A stretch of DNA of 64,000 nucleotides, taken from the NCBI GenBank assembly GCA_965248445.1, contig CBDFJG010000004.1, positions 800,001 through 864,000 on the forward strand, read 5' to 3'. The notes under the pieces were generated by a model. The model was not told the origin of the DNA. It saw nothing but the letters and a program-made list of their open reading frames with translations, and did no database searches. Positions 57,777 to 64,000 of this stretch are shown here, piece by piece (the first letter of the stretch is position 1; each line of letters begins with the position of its first letter). Source of the stretch: Planctomycetota bacterium (GTDB lineage Bacteria > Planctomycetota > JAJSAM01 > JAJVHW01). The position numbers were made by a program, and so were the translations under genes.

Positions 57777-60365
57777 ATGTCCGACACCGCTTCCACGCCT
57801 CTCCCGCCGGAGCCCGGCGTGCGCGATCTCCTCATCGAAGACGAGATGAAGGAGAGCTATCTCCGCTACGCGATGAGCGTGATCGTCTCGCGCGCGCTGC
57901 CCGACGCGCGGGACGGGCTGAAGCCCTCCCAGCGGCGAATCCTGGTGGCGATGAACGACCTGGGCCTGCGGCCCAACTCCCGCCACAGGAAGTGCGCCAA
58001 GATCTGCGGCGACACCTCGGGCAACTACCACCCGCACGGCGAGCAGGTCGTCTACCCGACGCTCGTCCGCATGGCGCAGGACTTCAACCTGCGGCTGCCG
58101 CTCGTGGACCCGCAGGGCAACTTCGGTACTCCGGACGATCCTCCGGCAGCCATGCGCTACACAGAGGCGCGCCTGGCCCGAGCCTGCATGGAGATGCTGA
58201 CGGACCTCGACGAGGACACCGTCAGCTTCGTCCCGAACTACGACGGCACCACGACGGAGCCGACCGTCCTGCCGGCGCGTCTGCCGAACCTGCTGATCAA
58301 CGGCTCCCAGGGCATCGCCGTCGGCATGGCGTCGTCGATCCCGCCGCACAACCCGGGCGAGATCTTCCGCGCGGTCATCGCGCTGCTGGACAACCCGGCC
58401 ATCACCGTCGACGAACTCATGGAGATCGTGCCCGGCCCGGACTTCCCCACCGGCGCGCAGATCTGCGGGCGCACTCCGGTGCGCGAGGCGTACGAGAACG
58501 GGCGCGCCCGCCTGCGACTGCGCGCGCCGTGCGAGGTGGAGGAGCTGAAGGGCGACCGCCTGTCGCTCGTGTTCACGGCGCTCCCGTACGGCGTGAGTTC
58601 GCGCGTGATCACCGAGCAGATCGTGGCGCTCGTGAACGCGAAGAAGCTGACCAGCATCTCCGACGTTCGCGACGAATCGAGCCTCGACGTCGGCACGCGT
58701 CTGGTGGTGGACCTCAAGCGCGGGGAGAACGACAAGGTCGTGCTGAACTTCCTGTTCAAGCACACCCGCCTGCAGGAGACGTTCAGCACGATCATGATCG
58801 CGCTGGTCAACGGGCGCCCGGAGACGCTCTCACTGAAGCGGCTGCTCGAGGAGTACCGCGACCACCGCGTCATCGTCATCCGTCGGCGCACGCGCTTCCG
58901 CCTGGCGAAAGCCGAGGCCCGCGCGCACATCGTCGAGGGGCTGCTGCAGGCGCTCGACATCATCGACGTGATCATCCAGACGATCCGCAGCTCGAAATCG
59001 CGCGACGAGGCACGCGAGCGGCTCATGCAGGCGGACTATGCGCTGCCCCCGAACTGGAAGGACGCGACGCCCCTCGTCACGTTCTCCCACAAGCAGGCGG
59101 ACGCGATCCTCGACATGCGCCTGGCGCGCCTGACGGGCCTCGAGCGACAGAAGCTGCAGGACGAGTTCACCGAACTGACCGAGCGGATCGGCGAGTACCG
59201 CGCGATCCTCGCCGACGTCGAGAAGGTGCTCGAGATCATCCGCGAGGACATGCGCACCCTGATCGAGACGTTCCCGACGCCGCGGCGCACGGAGATCACC
59301 GCCGACCTGACCGAGGTGCGCATGGAGGACCTGATCGCGGACGATCAGGTCGTCGTGACGATCTCGCACGAGGGCTACGTGAAGCGCCTCTCGCTCGACG
59401 AGTACCGCACGCAGACCCGCGGCGGCAAGGGCGTGCGCGGGGCGGAGACGAAGGAAGGCGACTTCGTCGAGCGCATCATCATCACCACGAACCACCAGTA
59501 CCTGCTGGTGCTGACGCCGACCGGACAGTTGTACTGGCTACGCGTGTTCGACACTCCGGAGGCCGGCCGCTACAGCCGCGGGCGCGCACTGATCAACCTG
59601 CTGCAGGTGGACAAAGACGACCGTGTGGAGACCTGCGTCCCCGTGCGCACGTTCGAATCCGGCTACCTGCTCACCATCACCAAGCGAGGCAAGATCCGGA
59701 AGACGCCGCTCGCGGGGTTCTCCCGCCCGCGTGTCAACGGGATCATCGGAGTGCGCATCGACGAAGGCGATCGGCTCGTCGGCGCGGCCGAATTCGCCGA
59801 GGGGCAGGAGATCCTGCTCACCACGCGCCTCGGCAAGACGATCCGTTTCAGCGAGTCCGACGTCCGCTCGATGGGGCGCGCGTCCGCCGGAGTGCGCGGC
59901 ATCAAGCTGCGCGCGGGCGACGAAGTCGTCTCTCTCGTGGTCATCGAGGAGGGCAAGCAGATCCTCACGATCTGCGAGAACGGCTACGGGAAGCGCACCT
60001 CCGTCGACGAGTACCCCAAGCAGCGCCGCGCGGGCCAGGGGGTCATCGACATCAAGGTCACCGAACGCAATGGACCGGTCGTGCGTTCGCGCCTCGTCGA
60101 CGACGACGACGAGTTCATGATGATCACCGAGAAGGGACAGGTCGTCCGCACGCGCGTGGCGGACGTCCGGCCGATCGGTCGCAACACGCAGGGCGTCACG
60201 GTCATGAGCGTCCCGAAGAAGGACCGCATCGTGTCGGTCGCACTGGTCCAGCCTGAAGACGAGCCGGAAGATGACGACAGTGGCGAGAACGCCGAAGAGG
60301 GCGCCGCGGAGACCGAAGGCGGCGACGGCGAGGCAGCGCCAGACGAGACAGCAAACGAGGAGTAG
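57777..60365 (+). CDS. gyrA: DNA gyrase subunit A
   Basis: RALPDARDGLKP, AAMRYTE catalytic Tyr, GyrA-box QTRGGKG, beta-pinwheel repeats, acidic tail; AGGAG ribosome-binding site. Confidence 0.97.
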   Translation: MSDTASTPLPPEPGVRDLLIEDEMKESYLRYAMSVIVSRALPDARDGLKPSQRRILVAMNDLGLRPNSRHRKCAKICGDTSGNYHPHGEQVVYPTLVRMAQDFNLRLPLVDPQGNFGTPDDPPAAMRYTEARLARACMEMLTDLDEDTVSFVPNYDGTTTEPTVLPARLPNLLINGSQGIAVGMASSIPPHNPGEIFRAVIALLDNPAITVDELMEIVPGPDFPTGAQICGRTPVREAYENGRARLRLRAPCEVEELKGDRLSLVFTALPYGVSSRVITEQIVALVNAKKLTSISDVRDESSLDVGTRLVVDLKRGENDKVVLNFLFKHTRLQETFSTIMIALVNGRPETLSLKRLLEEYRDHRVIVIRRRTRFRLAKAEARAHIVEGLLQALDIIDVIIQTIRSSKSRDEARERLMQADYALPPNWKDATPLVTFSHKQADAILDMRLARLTGLERQKLQDEFTELTERIGEYRAILADVEKVLEIIREDMRTLIETFPTPRRTEITADLTEVRMEDLIADDQVVVTISHEGYVKRLSLDEYRTQTRGGKGVRGAETKEGDFVERIIITTNHQYLLVLTPTGQLYWLRVFDTPEAGRYSRGRALINLLQVDKDDRVETCVPVRTFESGYLLTITKRGKIRKTPLAGFSRPRVNGIIGVRIDEGDRLVGAAEFAEGQEILLTTRLGKTIRFSESDVRSMGRASAGVRGIKLRAGDEVVSLVVIEEGKQILTICENGYGKRTSVDEYPKQRRAGQGVIDIKVTERNGPVVRSRLVDDDDEFMMITEKGQVVRTRVADVRPIGRNTQGVTVMSVPKKDRIVSVALVQPEDEPEDDDSGENAEEGAAETEGGDGEAAPDETANEE

Positions 60366-60371
60366 TCGCGC

Positions 60372-60656
60372 GTGGCACCCCGTGAGACGGACGTCTGCCC
60401 GCACTGCGGCGCCGAGTTCGCGGCCGGCCGGCCCGCGTGTCCCGAGTGCGGCAGCGACGCCGAGACGGGATGGAGCGAGGACGGAATCACCGGCTACGCG
60501 GCCGCGCTGCCCGACGAGTTCACGGACGACGACTACGGCCGCATCCTGGATGAGATCAACGCGGGACCGCGCAGACCCACAGCGACGACGGTGCTGAAGG
60601 CCCTCGGGATACTCGCGCTCATCCTGCTACTGGTCTGGTCACTCGTGTTGAGCTAG
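60372..60656 (+). CDS. Small zinc-ribbon membrane protein
   Basis: CPHCG..CPECGSD..GW; C-terminal TM. Confidence 0.75.
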   Translation: MAPRETDVCPHCGAEFAAGRPACPECGSDAETGWSEDGITGYAAALPDEFTDDDYGRILDEINAGPRRPTATTVLKALGILALILLLVWSLVLS

Positions 60657-61615
60657 CGCGCTACGAGCCGCAGCGTGATCTCCTGCTCGCCTCCGTCGAC
60701 GACGTCGAACTCCGCGTCCAGGCGCGCACGGTCCTTCGACGCCGTGATTCTGTAGGTCCCCGGCGCGAGATGGACTTCGAAGCGCCCGTCCTCTCCGACA
60801 CGCGGCCACGCCATGCGGCGGCGGTTTTCCGGATCGTGCACATCGCCGATCCACGCCCGCGCCCGCGACGCCGGCTGGTCGTCCGGATCGACGACGCGCC
60901 CGGTGACCCGGCCGCCGCGTGACATCACGACGGTGACGGGCAGAGATCCGGGTCCGAGCTCCACCGGCACGTACTGCGTCACGAAGCCGTCGGCATTCAC
61001 GTCCAGCACGAGTTCCATGTCCGGCAGGCCGCTGAACGAGAACGACCCGTCGTCGCTCGTGACGGTGAGCGGCACGCTGAACTCACCGGCCCGCGGCCAG
61101 ATCGCGGCCTTCACGGGCTCTCCATCCGGATCGACCACGACGCCGCTCAGTTTCCGCGCGGGCACAAGACCCAAGACTCCCGCGTGGGTCACCGCACCCT
61201 CGACGGCGTCCACACTCCGGATGGCGATGACACAGTCGCGCACGCGCATCTTGAGGCTTCCGGGTCCCGGCGGCACGGCGACGGTCACGCGGCCGTTCTC
61301 GAACACCGCATCGTCGCAACGTTCGGATTGGTCTTCGCCCTCCGCCGTGAACCACGCTCCGACGCTTCGCCGCCGCTCGTCAGCCGCGAGCCCGTCCGGC
61401 AACACGCAGTCGAACACCAGTGCGGTGGTTACGACGGCGCGGGCTTGCTCTTCCACCCCCGTCGCCGGGTCGGCATCCTGCTCCGTCGGAGCAATGACCG
61501 CTCCAGGAGCCTCCGCCACCGGCGAAGCCTCTTGCGGCGCCGGGGCCCCCTCGCCACACCCCGCCGGGAGCAGTGCCAGAAGCAACACGAGGACGACTCG
61601 GGAAAGCAACCTCAT
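60653..61615 (-). CDS. Lipoprotein with carboxypeptidase-regulatory-like domains
   Basis: Lipobox LPAGC; LSGVVVDPDGEP and VTGRVVDPDDQP..LAPGTY. Confidence 0.75.
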   Translation of the reverse strand: MRLLSRVVLVLLLALLPAGCGEGAPAPQEASPVAEAPGAVIAPTEQDADPATGVEEQARAVVTTALVFDCVLPDGLAADERRRSVGAWFTAEGEDQSERCDDAVFENGRVTVAVPPGPGSLKMRVRDCVIAIRSVDAVEGAVTHAGVLGLVPARKLSGVVVDPDGEPVKAAIWPRAGEFSVPLTVTSDDGSFSFSGLPDMELVLDVNADGFVTQYVPVELGPGSLPVTVVMSRGGRVTGRVVDPDDQPASRARAWIGDVHDPENRRRMAWPRVGEDGRFEVHLAPGTYRITASKDRARLDAEFDVVDGGEQEITLRLVAR

Positions 61616-61658
61616 CCGCCCGTAGGGTAAGCCAGTCAACCACGCGAGGAACCACACC

Positions 61659-62032
61659 ATGAGCAGCAAGGGCAAGACAATCGGCTACTGGGTTGCAACG
61701 GCACTCGTCGCGCTGGTGATGGCGGGGGGGGGGGCGTCGCGGACATCGTCCAGCCGGCGGACATGATGGAGGACGTCAAGCACCTCCTGTACCCGGCGTA
61801 CTTCTTCACGATCCTCGGCGTGTGGAAGCTGCTCGGTGTCATCGCAATCCTGAGCCCGAAGTTGCCTCTCCTGAAGGAGTGGGCATACGCCGGGTTCGTG
61901 TTCGACACGACGGGAGCGCTCGCCTCTCACGTCGCCGTCGGCGATGGCCTGGCAGACTGGTTCCCGGCCGTAGCGGTCACCGTCCTGGTCTACGTCAGCT
62001 GGCGCCTCCGCCCGCCCAGCCGGCGCGTCTGA
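61659..62032 (+). pseudogene. DoxX-like membrane protein frameshifted at a G11 run (61724-61734)
   Basis: MSSKGKTIGYWVATALVALVMAGG in one frame, then VADIV..YPAYFFTILGVWKLLG..KEWAYAGF in another; 9 or 12 G restores the frame. Confidence 0.8.
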
Positions 62033-62153
62033 CCATACCGAGACCGGTACCAATCGGCGCACGGCACAGGGCGAGCGTCGAGAACCGCCGTCATCGCACG
62101 ATCGGGCCCGAGCGTTGTCTGCCGTGCGCCGATTGGTACCGGTCTCGGTATGG
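62033..62153. repeat. 34-bp perfect inverted repeat with 53-nt spacer
   Basis: CCATACCGAGACCGGTACCAATCGGCGCACGGCA (62033-62066) and its exact reverse complement (62120-62153). Confidence 0.9.
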
Positions 62154-62170
62154 CGAGTTACTCTCACGAC

Positions 62171-63028
62171 GTGAAGGCCGCACTCGCCCAGATCGCCCCC
62201 CGCCTCGCCGACCTCGAGGCCAACTTCGCGCTGCACGCGGAGACCGTCGACGAGGCCGTCTCGCGCGGCGCGGAGCTCGTTGTGTTTCCCGAGCTCTCGC
62301 TCACCGGCTACTGCCTGATGGAGGCGACGCCCGAGGTCGCGTTCTCGACACGCTCGCCGTCGATGGACCGGCTGCGGGAGCTCAGCAAGCGGGCCGCGAT
62401 CGTCGTCGGCTTCGTGGAGGAGGCGCCGGGCGGCCGCTACATGAACTCGGCCGCGTTCCTCGACGGCGGCGAGCTGATCCACGTGCACCGCAAGGTGTTC
62501 TTGCCGGCCCACGGCCTGTTTGACGAGGCGCGCCACTTCGCCGCCGGCGAGCGCATCCGCGCGTTCGACACGCGCTTCGGGCGCGTCGGCATGCTGGTCT
62601 GCCGCGACTTCTGGCACCTTGGCCCGGCGTACGTCCTCGCGTGCCAGGACATCGAGATCCTGTGCGTGTCGAGCGCCAGTCCCGGCCGCGGCGCGAGCGG
62701 CGGTGACGGGTCCTTCACGAGCATCGCCAGCATGAGCATCTACGGCGACGTGTACGCGCGGTCGTTCGGCATCCACGTGCTCCACACGAATCGAGCCGGC
62801 GTCGAGGAGGGCGTGTCGTTCACCGGCGCGTCCGAGGCGCTCGGTCCGTCCGGGAAGGTGCTCGCGCGCGCGAGCGACCTCGACCCGGAACTCGTCGTCG
62901 TCGACATCGATCCCGACGCGCGCCGCACAGCACGGCTGCGCATGCCGTTCCTCAAGGAGGAGCGGCCACACTTGATCCTCCGGGAGTTGCAGCGTGTCCT
63001 CGCCGAGCGCACCGCCCCTGGATACTGA
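62171..63028 (+). CDS. Nitrilase/carbon-nitrogen hydrolase; probable glutaminase subunit of NAD synthetase
   Basis: FPELSLTGY, HRKVFLP..FDEARHF, VCRDFWH (E-K-C triad); overlaps nadE. Confidence 0.88.
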   Translation: MKAALAQIAPRLADLEANFALHAETVDEAVSRGAELVVFPELSLTGYCLMEATPEVAFSTRSPSMDRLRELSKRAAIVVGFVEEAPGGRYMNSAAFLDGGELIHVHRKVFLPAHGLFDEARHFAAGERIRAFDTRFGRVGMLVCRDFWHLGPAYVLACQDIEILCVSSASPGRGASGGDGSFTSIASMSIYGDVYARSFGIHVLHTNRAGVEEGVSFTGASEALGPSGKVLARASDLDPELVVVDIDPDARRTARLRMPFLKEERPHLILRELQRVLAERTAPGY

Positions 63029-63824
63029 GCTCGCCGAGCGGGTCCTCGTCACGTTCCTGCGCGACGAAGCCGCCCGCGCCGGGTTCTCGCGATTCGTGGT
63101 CGGACTGTCCGGCGGGATCGACTCCGCGCTGGCGGCGTTCGTGGCAACGCGCGCGGTCGGCCCGGAGAACCTCGTCGCGCTGGCGCTGCCCTGGCGCGGC
63201 TCCAACGAGGACAGTCTCGTCCATGCGCGCCTGGTGGCCGAAGCCGGCGGGTTCGACCTGGGAGTCGTCGATCTCACCGCGGCGGCGGACGGCCTGCTGG
63301 GCGAACTGAAGGAGCCGAACGATCACCGGACGGGCAACGTGCTGGCCCGGCTCCGGATGGTCACGCTGTTCGATCGCAGCGCCGCGGAGAACGCCCTCGT
63401 GCTGGGTACGAGCAACAAGACCGAGCTGCTGCTCGGATACGGCACGCTGCACGGCGACCTCGCGTCGGCCCTCAACCCGCTGGGCGACCTCTACAAGGGC
63501 CAGGTTCGCGCGCTCGCGCGCCATCTGGGCGTGCCCGACGTCGTGATCGAGAAGGCGCCGTCGGCGGATCTGTGGACCGGCCAGACCGACGAAGACGACC
63601 TGGGGTTCACCTACGACGTCGCCGACGAGGTCCTGTATCGCCTGGTTGACCGGATGCAGGGACCGGAGCGCGTCGTCGCCGAGGGCTTCGACCGGCAGGT
63701 CGTGGAGCGCATCCGGCGGCGGATCGTCCGCAATCAGTTCAAGCGACGCGGACCGGTGATCGCCAAGCTCTCCCAGCGCACGATCGACTGGGAGTTCCGG
63801 TACCCGCGCGATTGGGAGACCTGA
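62994..63824 (+). CDS. nadE: NAD+ synthetase (single domain)
   Basis: GLSGGIDSA, GNVLARLRM, GTSNKTE, GDLYK, KAPSADLW..TDE. Confidence 0.95.
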   Translation: MSSPSAPPLDTELAERVLVTFLRDEAARAGFSRFVVGLSGGIDSALAAFVATRAVGPENLVALALPWRGSNEDSLVHARLVAEAGGFDLGVVDLTAAADGLLGELKEPNDHRTGNVLARLRMVTLFDRSAAENALVLGTSNKTELLLGYGTLHGDLASALNPLGDLYKGQVRALARHLGVPDVVIEKAPSADLWTGQTDEDDLGFTYDVADEVLYRLVDRMQGPERVVAEGFDRQVVERIRRRIVRNQFKRRGPVIAKLSQRTIDWEFRYPRDWET

Positions 63825-63856
63825 ACCCGTACGATGCGGCCCGGGTTGAAATCGTG

Positions 63857-64000
63857 ATGAAGGGACTCACCTGGCGGCGACGTGTCGCAGGCGCCGTGCT
63901 ATGCGTGGCGTTCTGCGTGCCGGCGCTCGTCTCGACTCACGAGTCGGCCACGGCCGACGAGAGCGGTCCCCTCGCACTTCTCGTCGACTTCGGCGGCCCG
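63857..64000 (+). CDS. N-terminus of a secreted protein (partial, runs off the right edge)
   Basis: MKGLTWRRRVAGAVLCVAFCVPALVSTHESATA-DE signal-peptide-like; frame open to the window end. Confidence 0.5.
   Translation, partial: MKGLTWRRRVAGAVLCVAFCVPALVSTHESATADESGPLALLVDFGGP

Noticed and set aside
57354..58763. Apparent 470-aa N-terminal extension of the sigma-54 activator
   Set aside because: Antisense to gyrA plus intergenic DNA; the FHA domain begins at GTG 57353

Overview
High-GC (roughly 70%) bacterial chromosomal segment, most likely from a Planctomycetota genome. The evidence is a DUF1501 plus DUF1549/DUF1553 pair, four FG-GAP/ASPIC-UnbV (CRTAC1-like) proteins, a planctomycete-type cytochrome c domain and a GyrA with HPHGE..YP. 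About 52 CDS can be supported. They include housekeeping genes (acs, infA, efp, family-5 UDG, corA, kynA, dtd, M17 aminopeptidase, pcp, gyrA, nitrilase plus nadE), signalling proteins (ECF sigma/anti-sigma, Ser/Thr kinase, FHA proteins, sigma-54 activator) and many secreted repeat proteins. I saw no rRNA, tRNA, CRISPR array, prophage or transposase. The best candidates for new biology are: (1) a small membrane protein (11948-12313) with an in-frame UGA followed by an E. coli-spaced SECIS-like hairpin, i.e. a candidate selenoprotein; (2) a ~140-bp structured repeat in five copies, with covarying stems, always placed just after a stop codon in the same orientation and partly combined with GTAG-type REPs; (3) a TA-flanked ~380-bp MITE; (4) a 20-bp triplication of the infA 3' end that puts stops in all six frames; (5) an anti-sigma factor fused to an FG-GAP/ASPIC domain; (6) a G11-frameshifted DoxX gene. 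All protein family calls are by eye from motifs, not from database searches.
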